Counted from the first letter of the stretch, positions 17,837-27,392 are shown. The stretch: 64,000 nt of DNA from Vicinamibacteria bacterium (GCA_963555995.3 OY821641.1:160001-224000), one strand, 5' to 3'. The notes: generated by a model from the sequence alone, not told the origin. Program-made: numbers and translations.

Positions 17837-18110
17837 TCAGCCGGGGCCGGCGTGGGTCAGCAGCAGGATGGCGGCGATGCGGCGCGTGGTGTTGGTGAAG
17901 TGGTGGACCTCTTCGGGGTGGAGGGGGCGGTCGAGGACGGAGCGCTCGCGGTAGGAGAGCCACTTCTTGAGGACCTGGTAGCCGCCGAGGCGGTAGTTCC
18001 AGACGGCGGCGGGGACGTTCCGCCAGTGGGCGCGGTCGTTCAGGTGGATGTCGAGGGTGGTGTCACCGAGCGCCCGGAGGGCGGGCGCGAGAGTGGCGCG
18101 ATCGGCGGGT
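17837..18110 (-). pseudogene. Second copy of the 3' end of the R-M gene
   Basis: About 17862-18109 matches about 19083-19330 in the same orientation, with its own stop at 17837-17839. Confidence 0.88.
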
Positions 18111-18159
18111 CCAAGCCAATGACAAATGGCGTGGTAGCCGAATTCTTTGGGGATCGAGC

Positions 18160-18591
18160 CTATTCGCGGGGACCCATGAGCCGTCGGGCAGCCAGCGTGA
18201 CGCTGTGGATCACGCCGTAACCCCCGATACCAGTCAGCAGCGTCTTCAACACCTCCAGCGCAATCGCGCTCTGGCGTTCATCACCTACGAAGGCGAACCA
18301 GAGGAGCAAGCCCAACACAAGAATGGAGATACCGAGCGCCACCGACATGAACTGGCGTCCAAAACTGGATCGTCGGGTGGACCGGTCGTGGTGTTGATCG
18401 CGGCTCTTCGAGTGGAACTCGAACTGTCGTTTGTCCTGAGCGTCGGCCAGCTCCAAGGCTTTTTCCTGGAGACTGAGCCGCCTGTCCTCAAGGACGTTCC
18501 GGTCCTTCGCCAAATTGACGAACTCGGCGAACACCTCCTCCGGCGGAGGGGGACCGACCAACTCGCCCGCTGGTTTCCGGTCCGCCGACAC
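18160..18591 (-). CDS. Hypothetical two-TM protein, DUF2335-like
   Basis: GPPPPEEVF motif, coiled segment, two C-terminal hydrophobic helices; lower GC. Confidence 0.6.
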   Translation of the reverse strand: MSADRKPAGELVGPPPPEEVFAEFVNLAKDRNVLEDRRLSLQEKALELADAQDKRQFEFHSKSRDQHHDRSTRRSSFGRQFMSVALGISILVLGLLLWFAFVGDERQSAIALEVLKTLLTGIGGYGVIHSVTLAARRLMGPRE

Positions 18592-18842
18592 TACAGGTCT
18601 TCGTAGCTGACGCTTGCGCCCGATCTGCCTTCGTCAATCACCCTGTCGATCGGCACGGATCGGACGGTGTAGCCGCCACCGTAGGACGACCGCTCGACAC
18701 GGCTGACGAATCCAGCCCAAGCCGGATCGGCTTTGCGCCGGTCCGCCTCCTTGCGCGCATCCAGCCATGACTCGAAGTGGAAGGCCTTCCGGGCAGCCGT
18801 GTCCCGGAAAGACTGGCTTGCCTGCATCACGGAAGGAGTCAA
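18591..18842 (-). CDS. Hypothetical small protein
   Basis: ORF whose stop overlaps the start of the 18591 gene; lower GC. Confidence 0.4.
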   Translation of the reverse strand: MTPSVMQASQSFRDTAARKAFHFESWLDARKEADRRKADPAWAGFVSRVERSSYGGGYTVRSVPIDRVIDEGRSGASVSYEDL

Positions 18843-19057
18843 TTGCGCGCCTCTTGAATCGCAGAAGAGCGCGTCTCACCCTCTAGCCTGGTGGGCATGC
18901 CTTTCTCTCCTTTGATACCCAAGTCGGGAAACGGTGTCCCGCTTACGGCGCGCCGATGATACACAAAGTGCTACATCCGCCGTCGGCGGAACCACGTGCC
19001 GGACGCTGTTCGCCGACTCCCGGTGGCCACAACTGTTTCCTGGGGGCGTCGGTGGAT

Positions 19058-22000
19058 TCAGGCGTTGGTGGACGCCGTGAGGAGCAGGATGGCGGCGATG
19101 CGGCGGGTGGTGTTGGTGAAGTGGTGGACCTCTTCGGGGCGGAGGGGGCGGTCGAGGACGGAGCGCTCGCGGTAGGAGAGCCACTTCTTGAGGACCTGGT
19201 AGCCGCCGAGGCGGTAGTTCCAGACGGCGGCGGGGACGTTCCGCCAGTGGGCGCGGTCGTTCAGGTGGACGTCGAGGGTGGTTTCGCCGAGGGTGGGGAG
19301 GGCGGGGGCGAGGGTGGCGCGTTCGGTGGGGGTGAAGGGGCGCTCGGCGGCGCGGCCGGTGCCGGGCATCACGGCGTCGCCGGCGCCGAAGTGTCCCCAG
19401 CCGGCGGTGACGGCGAAGTCGGCGCCGGACATGTTGCCGCCGTCCGTGGTGGCGGGGACGGCGAGGGCGGCGAGTTCGGGACGGAGGGTCCCCTCGGTGA
19501 CGCCGGGAGCCGGGGCGTCGGGGTCGAGCAGCCGGGCCAGTTCCCGGCCGCGGGCGGCGGACCGCTTCAGTTCGGCCGCAGCGCCTTCGGTGTCGCCGTC
19601 CGGCCAGCCGGGAAGGGGAACGCGGGGCCATTCCATGCGGAGCGCCCCGGCGTTGGCCGCGTGGTAGGCGGGATCGTGGAGGGTGGCGAGCGCGTGGAAG
19701 AAGAGATCGTCGGAACTCACGTCGGCGCCTTGCAGATACCGGAGCGCGTCGCCCGACAGGTTGGGCCGGGACGGTTCGGCGCCCCTCGCGTCCGCTCCCA
19801 GACCGCGGAGGTACTGCGGGAAGAAGCTGGAGAGTCCGTTGCCGAAGTTGTCGGCGAGGGCCGTGACGAAGGTTCCCCGGCAAAAGTCTTCCCGCGCCTC
19901 CTTCTCACGGGCTTCGATCCACGAATTCCCGGGGAAGACCTGCGAGTGGTAGTCAGGGCGCTTTCTGTCAAGGAGTTCGGTCTCGCCTTCCCAATAGAGC
20001 CACCGGATGTCGAAGGGACGGTAGGCGAAGCGGACGAAGCCGGACTCGGACGGTCCCCCACGCGAGAGGAGCGCGTCCCGCACCGTCCGCGCGGCGAAAC
20101 GTCCCGTGGTCCTCATCACCGCCGGATAGCGCCGGGCGATCTCATCGTGGCTGAGGCGCGCGTCGAAATAGTCTGTGACTCGGGCCTTCAGCCGATCCAG
20201 ATCCACATCCACCAGGAACCCGTCGCGACTGGTCTTCACGCCCGGAAAGGCCATGGGAAACAGTTCGGGGAGCGACGGCCACGAGAACCAGTTCTCGCTC
20301 ACGACCAGCGGGACGAATGGCAGACCGAGGGGCAGTGACGGGCGAACCCCTCCATAGACCGGCGGAGACTCCGCGAGGTCGGCGAGCTTCGTCCGGCCCC
20401 ACAGGTGCCGGAACGCGATCTTGCGGACCGGCGCATGCTCGGCGCGACGCACGAGGGTGGTGACAGCGGTGCCCACCTGGATGCCGACCGGATCCTCCGG
20501 CGTCGAGAACACGCTCGGGTCCGGCGCCCCGTCCGGCGTCGTCTTCCCGGTCCGGTACTTGTCGCCGTTGAGGCAGTCCACCCGGATCGCGTCGAACGCC
20601 TCCAGGTACCGCTCCCGCATCCCGGTGAACGACAGCCCGTCCAGCCACGAGTAGTTCGAGATGAAACAGACCACGCCGCGCCCGGTCTTCTCGACGATGC
20701 GCCGCTCGGCCATGCGGAAGAAACGGACGTACACGTCGTTGAGTCCCTGACCCTCGGGCTGTCGCACCTCCTTCGTGGTCCGGTAGGCGTCCGAGAGCTC
20801 CCGCTCCTCCTCCACCGCCACGCCCGCGAACCCGTTGTACGGCGGGTTCCCGAGGATCACCAGGATCGGCGTCTCCTGCTTCACCCGCTCCGCCCGGTCG
20901 CGCTCCTCCGCGAGTTCCGGGAACAGCAGCGGCTTCCGCTCCTTCGCCTCCCACCCGGTGAGCGCGTTCGTCAGGAACACCTGCGCCCGCTCCGCGCCGT
21001 CCTCGGACAGCGGCGCGTCGAGGTCCTGCATCGTCAGCCCGACCTGCAGGTGGGCCACCACGAACGGCGCGGGCATGATCTCGAAGCCGAAGACGCGCCG
21101 CGTGGCGGCCTCCTTCACCCGCGCCCCGACGAGCGCCCCGAGGCCCTTGCCTTCGAGGTTGGACCCGATGCGGCGCAGCACCTCGGCGAGGTAGGCCCCG
21201 GTCCCGCAGCACGGGTCGAGCACGTACACGTTCTCCGCCGCCAGCCCGTCGGCGATCCCGAGGTCGTCCCGGAGCGCCCGGTCCACCCGGGCGACCATGT
21301 AGCGGACGATCTCGTTCGGGGTGTACCAGACGCCGAGCTGCTTCCGCAGGCCGGGATCGAAGGCCGCGAGGAACGGCTCGTAGAAATAGGTGACCGCCTC
21401 TCCTTCCCGGAAGCGCTCGAAGAACGCCTTCCGGTCCACGCGGTCGAGGGCGGCGTCCGTCCAGTCGAGGACTTCGACGAGGCCGAGCGGCTGCAGGCGG
21501 CCGGGATCGGAGAGTTGTTGGAAGAGCGCCCGCAGCACCGGCGCGCGCAGGTGCCAGACCGCCTTCCGCCATTCGAAGCGGGCCTCCGCCGGACCGGCGC
21601 GCGCCCACAGCACCCACGCGGAGAAGACCCCGTAGAAGAGTGTCTGGACCAGCGTCGAGTGGAAGAAGCGTTTCCCGCGTTCGCCCTCGAACCGGATCCC
21701 GAGCGCCTCTTCGAGCGCGGCGCGGAGCGGCTCGAACGCGGCGGCCTCGTCGCTGGCCTCGACCCGCGAGAGCCCGTCCCGCGCGTAGGAGGCGAGCAGC
21801 CAGGCGAGGTCCCGCGGCTCGGCGATCGCCGCCCGCCAGGACAGCGCGCGGGTGAGGTACTCGACGAGACGCTCCCCGATCTCGCGGGCGAAGGCGCGGG
21901 GCTTCCCGAGCTTCCGGTGGAACTCGCCCGCGCTCTCCGCCAGCCGGAAGGTTTCGAGGGTGCGTTGCCCTTGGGCCGGGTCGGGGCCGACCAGGGCGAA

Positions 22001-22384
22001 CTCGCGCAGGTTGGTGACGAGCACGAGCCGGTAGCGCGCCCAGTAGCGGGCGACCTGTTCCCCGGCGGCGACGACCGCCAGTTCGTCCGGGTCCGGCTTG
22101 ACTTCCACGACGCCGCGCTCGGGAATCTGCCCGGTGCGCGGCCGGCCGCGCTGGACCTGCTTCGCCGAGTAGAGCCCGATGTCGGGGTGGCCCGCGCCCT
22201 GGTCGGCGAGCTCGGGGACGCAGAAGACCTTCGGCTTCAGACCGCCGCCCACCGCGTTCAGCAGGTTCACCAGCGCGGTGTAGCGGGACCGCTCGCCGGT
22301 CGCGCCGCCGGAGGCGCCGAGGCGGGCGAGGTCGCTCAGGTAGTGCTCGACGGCGGTGGTGAGGCGGGCCTTGGGAGGGGTCAC
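19058..22384 (-). CDS. Single-chain restriction-modification enzyme (nuclease, N6-adenine MTase, TRD; type IIG/IIL or helicase-less ISP-like)
   Basis: PDIGLY...VVEVK nuclease, FYEPFLAAFD, GVWYTP, LDPCCGTG, ILGNPPY, YRPFDIRWLY, LGGYQVLKKWLSYR; GTG start at 22384 inferred. Confidence 0.9.
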   Translation of the reverse strand: MTPPKARLTTAVEHYLSDLARLGASGGATGERSRYTALVNLLNAVGGGLKPKVFCVPELADQGAGHPDIGLYSAKQVQRGRPRTGQIPERGVVEVKPDPDELAVVAAGEQVARYWARYRLVLVTNLREFALVGPDPAQGQRTLETFRLAESAGEFHRKLGKPRAFAREIGERLVEYLTRALSWRAAIAEPRDLAWLLASYARDGLSRVEASDEAAAFEPLRAALEEALGIRFEGERGKRFFHSTLVQTLFYGVFSAWVLWARAGPAEARFEWRKAVWHLRAPVLRALFQQLSDPGRLQPLGLVEVLDWTDAALDRVDRKAFFERFREGEAVTYFYEPFLAAFDPGLRKQLGVWYTPNEIVRYMVARVDRALRDDLGIADGLAAENVYVLDPCCGTGAYLAEVLRRIGSNLEGKGLGALVGARVKEAATRRVFGFEIMPAPFVVAHLQVGLTMQDLDAPLSEDGAERAQVFLTNALTGWEAKERKPLLFPELAEERDRAERVKQETPILVILGNPPYNGFAGVAVEEERELSDAYRTTKEVRQPEGQGLNDVYVRFFRMAERRIVEKTGRGVVCFISNYSWLDGLSFTGMRERYLEAFDAIRVDCLNGDKYRTGKTTPDGAPDPSVFSTPEDPVGIQVGTAVTTLVRRAEHAPVRKIAFRHLWGRTKLADLAESPPVYGGVRPSLPLGLPFVPLVVSENWFSWPSLPELFPMAFPGVKTSRDGFLVDVDLDRLKARVTDYFDARLSHDEIARRYPAVMRTTGRFAARTVRDALLSRGGPSESGFVRFAYRPFDIRWLYWEGETELLDRKRPDYHSQVFPGNSWIEAREKEAREDFCRGTFVTALADNFGNGLSSFFPQYLRGLGADARGAEPSRPNLSGDALRYLQGADVSSDDLFFHALATLHDPAYHAANAGALRMEWPRVPLPGWPDGDTEGAAAELKRSAARGRELARLLDPDAPAPGVTEGTLRPELAALAVPATTDGGNMSGADFAVTAGWGHFGAGDAVMPGTGRAAERPFTPTERATLAPALPTLGETTLDVHLNDRAHWRNVPAAVWNYRLGGYQVLKKWLSYRERSVLDRPLRPEEVHHFTNTTRRIAAILLLTASTNA

Positions 22385-22471
22385 GGGGAAGGTCGGGGCC
22401 GCGGTCCGGCGCGGCGGTTCACGGCGGATTGTGCGGGATGGCGGGCGGGTCGTCCCGGTACCATCCGCCGC

Positions 22472-23428
22472 ATGGGTTCCCCGGAGACGGCTGCCCCCGC
22501 CGCGCCGCCGCCGGAACGACCCCCGGCTGCGGGGGCGAACGCGGAGGAGTCGCCGCCGGGGCTCGACCGGTTCCGCCGGTTCCTCCGCACTCCGGTGATC
22601 CGGGGAACCTGGCTCTGGATCCGGAAGATCGGAGAGTGGCTGGGGGCCGCCTGGCGCTGGTCGCGGAAGAACGCCGGGCCCCTGCTGCACGGGCTGGCGC
22701 GGGCCGCGGCGACCGGCGCGGAGGTCGCCCGGCGCGCCGCGGAAGCGGGCAGGATCGCCACCGAGGGAGGAAAGCGCCTCCGGACGTGGACCAGGCGGCG
22801 GCGGGCGGAGGGAGCGAGCGGCCGCATCCAGGATGCGCTCGAAGACGCCGAGGAGGGGGCGCGCACCTTGGGCCCCCGGCTCCACCGGGGGGGCGCGGAC
22901 GCCAGCGGGGTGCTGGACGCGGTGAGCCGGTTCGCGGGCGCGCTCGCGGGCGGACGCCGCAAGCGGTCGGGGAAGTCGCTCCCCGCTTCCGGCGGCGAGG
23001 AGCCGGCGACGACCCCCGCGCCGGAGCTTCCCGAAACCCCCGCGCCGCCGCAGCTTGCCGAACCGCCCGCGCCGGCGCTGGCGGCGGAAGCGCCGTCGCC
23101 CGAGCCCGCGAGCGAGTCCCCGGCCGGGACCGCGGAGGAGCGTTTCCAAGACGTCCTCGATCGCGCCCGCAAGCTCGGGCGGCGCCGTCGCCGCGGGCCG
23201 CTGCGGAAGCTGATCGTCGAGATGGTCGCGATCCGGGAGCCGGCGACCGCGGGGGAACTCGCCGGCTGGCTCGGGATGCAGAAGAAGCACCTGAAGAAAG
23301 CCCACCTGCGCCCGATGGTCGAGACGGGAGAACTCCGCCTGCACCATCCCGAGGAACCCACCCATCCCGACCAGGCGTACCTGGTGGGTGACCGGGCCGG
23401 TCCGCCGTCTTCCGGCGAGCTGGGGTGA
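22472..23428 (+). CDS. Hypothetical protein with C-terminal winged-helix domain
   Basis: ELAGWLG...HLRPMVETGELRLHHPEEPTHPDQAY resembles the wHTH tail of Fic/RecG-C-like proteins; start uncertain. Confidence 0.6.
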   Translation: MGSPETAAPAAPPPERPPAAGANAEESPPGLDRFRRFLRTPVIRGTWLWIRKIGEWLGAAWRWSRKNAGPLLHGLARAAATGAEVARRAAEAGRIATEGGKRLRTWTRRRRAEGASGRIQDALEDAEEGARTLGPRLHRGGADASGVLDAVSRFAGALAGGRRKRSGKSLPASGGEEPATTPAPELPETPAPPQLAEPPAPALAAEAPSPEPASESPAGTAEERFQDVLDRARKLGRRRRRGPLRKLIVEMVAIREPATAGELAGWLGMQKKHLKKAHLRPMVETGELRLHHPEEPTHPDQAYLVGDRAGPPSSGELG

Positions 23429-23520
23429 CAAGCCGCGGAGCTGGGGTGATAACGCCCGAGCTGGGGTGATAAGGGTGGGAGCTGGGGTGATAACGCCTGA
23501 GCTGGGGTGATAACGCCCGA
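23417..23520. repeat. Five tandem copies of GAGCTGGGGTGAYAA, period 20-21 bp
   Basis: Copies at 23417, 23438, 23458, 23479, 23499. Confidence 0.95.
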
Positions 23521-23774
23521 AACAGCGTGAATTCCGGCCCGCGGACGCCGTTTCGGGCCGGTTTTCGGCGCCGGGACCGGTTTTTCGGCGATTCGGTCAA
23601 AACGCCCCGAATTCGGTGTTTTCCAGCCGAAAAGCCGGTCTGCATCGGTTTCCAGCCGGTTGACCGGCCGGAGATTGGGTGTCAGGCGACAGAAGAACCG
23701 GGCCGCTCGGCGACAGATAAAACTGGGCCACCCCCGAGGGTGACGATCGGAGGCGGCGGGATCTTCCGGCCCGC

Positions 23775-23852
23775 GAGCTGGGGTGACAAGACCCGCGAGC
23801 TGGGGTGATAAGGCGGCAGCTGGGGTGATAAGCGGGAGAGCTGGGGTGATAG
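23775..23852. repeat. Four tandem copies of the same core, period 20-22 bp
   Basis: Copies at 23775, 23797, 23817, 23838. Confidence 0.95.
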
Positions 23853-23929
23853 GGCGGCAGCGTCCGACGACCGCTGGAACCGGGGGCCGCGTCGCATGAC
23901 TCCGCTACGGGAGCCGACGGCGTGACCCC

Positions 23930-24343
23930 TCAGTGCGCCGGTGGACGGAACGGATCGAGCGTCGGAACGCCGAACGGCTCCAAGTCCCGGACGTTCCGGG
24001 TCACCACCGTGAGCCGGTGCACGACCGCGGTGGCGGCAATGAGCGCGTCGGTCGTCAGGGTGTCGGACCTGCGGTGCATGAGGCGCGCCCATTCGCGAAA
24101 CACCGGGCCGTCCTGCGGCAGGACGCGGTAGGTCGCGAGTACCTGATCGAGCCACCGTTCGAGTGCAGCCGCCTTGGCCGTGTCCTGTTCCCTCGTGATC
24201 TCGATTCCGGCCTGGATTTCCCCGATGGTGACGCCGGAGAGATAGAGCCGCTCCGGTGGAACCTGCCGAATCCAGTCCAGAACACCGAGGTGGGGCCGTG
24301 GGCGGCGCAACTCGGACACGACATTCGTATCCAGCAGGTACAC
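23930..24343 (-). CDS. vapC: VapC PIN toxin
   Basis: YLLDTNVVSEL, TIGEIQAGI, DALIAATA, VVTRNVRD. Confidence 0.95.
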   Translation of the reverse strand: MYLLDTNVVSELRRPRPHLGVLDWIRQVPPERLYLSGVTIGEIQAGIEITREQDTAKAAALERWLDQVLATYRVLPQDGPVFREWARLMHRRSDTLTTDALIAATAVVHRLTVVTRNVRDLEPFGVPTLDPFRPPAH

Positions 24344-24346
24344 GAT

Positions 24347-24607
24347 CTACTCGAACGAGGGCGACCGGCGGCGCGCTAGCCGACGGCGGGGTGGCGTGAG
24401 GGACTCGGTGCGTGGTGCGGGCGCGAGCAGCAAGTCCTTCAGGTTCGGCTGGGCGATTCGCTGCAGGCTCCGCCACTGCTCCAGCGGCACCACGACCGCC
24501 GTCTCGATGCCTCGTCTGGTGACGATCTGGGGTCCCTCCGCGATGGTTCTCTCGAGAAGTTCGCTGAACCGCGCCTTGGCGGTCTGCACTTGCCACCGGT
24601 TACTCAT
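24347..24607 (-). CDS. Phd/YefM antitoxin
   Basis: WQVQTAKARFSELL...GPQIVTRRG. Confidence 0.93.
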   Translation of the reverse strand: MSNRWQVQTAKARFSELLERTIAEGPQIVTRRGIETAVVVPLEQWRSLQRIAQPNLKDLLLAPAPRTESLTPPRRRLARRRSPSFE

Positions 24608-24629
24608 CGTCGCTGCTGCCAGTGTATCT

Positions 24630-24649
24630 GACTAGTTAGAAGACTAGTC
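24630..24649. promoter_or_regulatory. Putative antitoxin operator (two ACTAGT palindromes)
   Basis: GACTAGTTAGAAGACTAGTC just upstream of the Phd gene. Confidence 0.5.
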
Positions 24650-25042
24650 CTATAGGGATTCCCGCGCAAGCACCATCGCGCGCGGCACCGTCGGTTTGGG
24701 TGTGACCGCTTCCTGGCCCTGTACAGCCTGTGGACAAAGTCACGCGGCATTCCCGAGCTACGAGGAATGGAGGTCGCCTCGCGCCGACTCCGTTCATAGT
24801 GCTCAAGGGGTCTCCGCGGGGCTCGAACTCTCGCCCCGCTCCGGAAGCCCGAGCCAGGAGGGATAGGGGCCGGGCGAACCCGTCCCCTGTCCCTCCCGCT
24901 CCGGGGTCTGCGCGGGGCTCACGCCCCGACAACGACGCGAACGCCGATGCATCCCGCCTGAACCGCGCCTCTGCGAGGCGCTCTGCGTTGCGTTTCGGTT
25001 GTCAAGCGACAGATAACCGGCGCTCCTCTTGTCCACCGGCGG

Positions 25043-25921
25043 CTACCACCGCAGCTCGCAGCCGGCGCCGGTGCAGGCGGCGACCGGCTCGCCGGCGCAG
25101 GCGCCGTCGGCGGAGCGGAAGCGGAGCCCGATTTCCAGCTCCGAGAGCCACTCAACCTGGATCTCGTGGCGAAGCGACGCCGCCTCCGGGTCGAGCGACC
25201 AGTCTTCCAGGATCACATGGAACAGGTTCCCGGCGTTCACCCGCCGTTGGCGGAACGACGGATTCCAGGAGCCCAGATCGTAGTCCCGGTAGGGACCGAT
25301 CCAGTCCAGGGAGACGGCTTCGGAACCGGGGCCGCTGACGACGACGAACCGGGTGCGGGCCGTCTCGCTCGGCTGCAGGGTCGCCCCCTCCTCCCACTGG
25401 TCCCGGCGCACCGGCGGCTCCGCCCCAATCCGGATTCCCGCACAGGCGCTCACCCCGGCCTCCTCGATGGATACGTCGAGCGCGCCGTCCGCCCGCACCG
25501 ACGCGCCGGAGGGCCCCACGAGTTGCAACGACAGGGTCTCCTCGCCCTCCGCGAACCGCGCGTCCTCCAGGGCCCGGAGCGAGATCGCCGCCGTCCCGCT
25601 CGCCACCGACGCCGGGACCTCGAAGCTCGCGGACACCAGCTCGTAGTCGTCATCGCCGGCGGTCCGGTTCTGCGCGGCGACCCCGATCTCCAACGCGCGG
25701 CCCGGCGGCCCGCCCGACCACCGCACCGGGATCTCGGCCGTTTCCCCCTCGGCCAGGCGGACCGCTTGCTCGGCGAACGCCACCACGAGCGACGGCTGCG
25801 GCGCCGCCGGGACGCTCGGCGCTGGAGCGCCGCCCGGATCTCCGCAGCTCGCCGCGGCCAGCGCCACCAGCGCCACGATCCGGCCGCGGGTCCCGGCCGG
25901 CAGCCGCCTGCGCACCGTCAT
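25043..25921 (-). CDS. Lipoprotein with Calx-beta-like domain
   Basis: LAAASC lipobox, Pro/Ala linker, VAF...LAEGE, TAGDDDY, LEDARFAEGEETLSL; ATGA overlap. Confidence 0.7.
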   Translation of the reverse strand: MTVRRRLPAGTRGRIVALVALAAASCGDPGGAPAPSVPAAPQPSLVVAFAEQAVRLAEGETAEIPVRWSGGPPGRALEIGVAAQNRTAGDDDYELVSASFEVPASVASGTAAISLRALEDARFAEGEETLSLQLVGPSGASVRADGALDVSIEEAGVSACAGIRIGAEPPVRRDQWEEGATLQPSETARTRFVVVSGPGSEAVSLDWIGPYRDYDLGSWNPSFRQRRVNAGNLFHVILEDWSLDPEAASLRHEIQVEWLSELEIGLRFRSADGACAGEPVAACTGAGCELRW

Positions 25922-27114
25922 CGGCCGCACGGCGCCGGCCGCCGGCAGTCCCGCCCCCGGTGGGCGTGAACCTGCACGCCCTCCGTCGTTGTTCCGGCGG
26001 TCACCAGGACGGGAAAGGGCCGCAGGGTCTCGTCGAGGTCAATCAGGGAACCGCGGCCGACCAGATCGAAGTGCGCCGAGCGCGATCCCATGGAGGACAC
26101 CCAGAGGACATGGGCGCCCGGTTGGAGTCCCTCGATCAGGAAGCTCCCGTCCCGCCCGCTGAAGGACCCGACGGCGTTCGGCAACCCGCGCGCGCTCCCG
26201 GGTCCGAACGCCCAGACGTGGGCGTACCCGAGCGGCTCGCCCTCCAGCAGCACCTGTCCGGCGATGCTGCCGGTCTCCCGCCTCCAGCCCCTTGCCGGCC
26301 GCAGCAGCGACACCCCCACGATGTCGTCCCGGGTCACAGGCACTTCGATGCCGTAGTCGGACCACCCGTAGGACATCTGGGGATCCCGCGGCCCAACCTC
26401 GGAAGAATCCACCCAGGCATGGCGATACTCGTCCCGTTCGGAATCGAAGTCATACCGGACCGTGAGCCCAACCTGGCCGGGCAACTCGATGGAGTGGCCG
26501 AGCCCGAGGCAGTGTCCGAACTCGTGAATCAAGGTCTGGAGGGCCGGGTACCGCCGCTCGGGATCGTCCTCGTCCAGCTCCTTCCACCAGTCCGGTGGCT
26601 CCCTCGCTGCCCAGGAACCGAGGTACACCGCGCACTCGGTGATCCGATCGTTCCGACTCCAGATGCGCGCATATCCCCCGGTCGGCGAGTCCGGATCAAT
26701 GCTCACGAACGGCGCCGCCTCCCGTCTCTCGTCCAGCGCGGCGACGCCTTCGACCCGCCACGAGACGTCTGCGGTGGGGATGCCGGACCAGGCTTTCAGA
26801 GCTTTCCCGACCGCCCGCAGCGCGCCTTCCGGGGACCCGAACCAGGGCGACCACTCGGGGATGTCCGAAACCCGCCAGACCAGCGTGTCGCCCGGCCCCC
26901 AGGTGCCCGGCGACCAGCGCACCGCCTCGGCGGCCCCGGCGATATAGCCCGCCCCTTCGACCGGGAAGAAGCGGTACGCGTCCGCGCGATGCGCCGGGCC
27001 GGGCGCAAGGCCCAGCGGGAGCACCGCGAACAACACCACCAGCGGGACTTGCCCGGGCCTTCTTCGCACCGTGCCGGGAATCCTAATCCCGCCGCCGGCC
27101 GAGGGCCCGTGCAC
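25918..27114 (-). CDS. Secreted matrixin-like zinc metalloprotease with C-terminal carboxypeptidase-regulatory-like beta domain
   Basis: HEFGHCLGLGH, Met-turn QMSY, GSIAGQV...DGSFLIEGL; start uncertain. Confidence 0.82.
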   Translation of the reverse strand: MHGPSAGGGIRIPGTVRRRPGQVPLVVLFAVLPLGLAPGPAHRADAYRFFPVEGAGYIAGAAEAVRWSPGTWGPGDTLVWRVSDIPEWSPWFGSPEGALRAVGKALKAWSGIPTADVSWRVEGVAALDERREAAPFVSIDPDSPTGGYARIWSRNDRITECAVYLGSWAAREPPDWWKELDEDDPERRYPALQTLIHEFGHCLGLGHSIELPGQVGLTVRYDFDSERDEYRHAWVDSSEVGPRDPQMSYGWSDYGIEVPVTRDDIVGVSLLRPARGWRRETGSIAGQVLLEGEPLGYAHVWAFGPGSARGLPNAVGSFSGRDGSFLIEGLQPGAHVLWVSSMGSRSAHFDLVGRGSLIDLDETLRPFPVLVTAGTTTEGVQVHAHRGRDCRRPAPCGR

Positions 27115-27335
27115 ACAAAGCCGAGTGGGACATTTTCGGCGCCCATTGACAACCAGTCGTATCTGTCGCTTGACGTCGGTCGGAATACGCCCGGTATTCC
27201 TCCCTCACGCGCCTTGCCAGCCGGGCGCCTCGGCGTTCTCGGTACTCACGTCACTTTGTCCACAGGCTGCTGAGGACCGTACCCAGTGCCCGGCACTCCG
27301 GGGGACGCAGAGTTGGACAGAACGGGAGTCATGTT

Positions 27336-27380
27336 TGCGCGTTAGCGTATATTGACGCAACTTACGCTTCGGCGTATTCT
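27336..27380 (+). promoter_or_regulatory. Sigma70-like hipBA promoter with two palindromic operators
   Basis: TTGACG (27352)-17 nt-TATTCT (27375); TRCGC-N4-GCGTA at 27336 and 27363. Confidence 0.65.
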
Positions 27381-27392
27381 CTGCGAGCAACC

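Larger units (their letters stand above)
24724..27269. mobile_element. Putative non-autonomous unit bounded by 17 bp perfect inverted repeats, carrying two genes
   Basis: CAGCCTGTGGACAAAGT at 24724-24740 and its reverse complement at 27253-27269; no transposase; no clear target duplication. Confidence 0.5.

Noticed and set aside
16122-19050. Prophage
   Set aside because: Only a doubtful MuF-like fragment; no integrase, terminase, capsid or tail genes.
17837-19330. Diversity-generating retroelement TR/VR pair
   Set aside because: Differences between the copies are not adenine-specific and no reverse transcriptase is in the window.
22385-23431. N-terminal 349 aa of the 1457-aa R-M ORF
   Set aside because: Arg/Gly-rich antisense read-through of the plus-strand gene; recognisable R-M sequence starts near 22384.
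23417-23852. CRISPR array
   Set aside because: 15 bp repeat with 5-7 nt linkers is far too short, and no cas genes are present.
24729-27264. oriC DnaA boxes (TTGTCCACA)
   Set aside because: Only two isolated copies 2.5 kb apart, embedded in a longer inverted repeat; no dnaA or box cluster.
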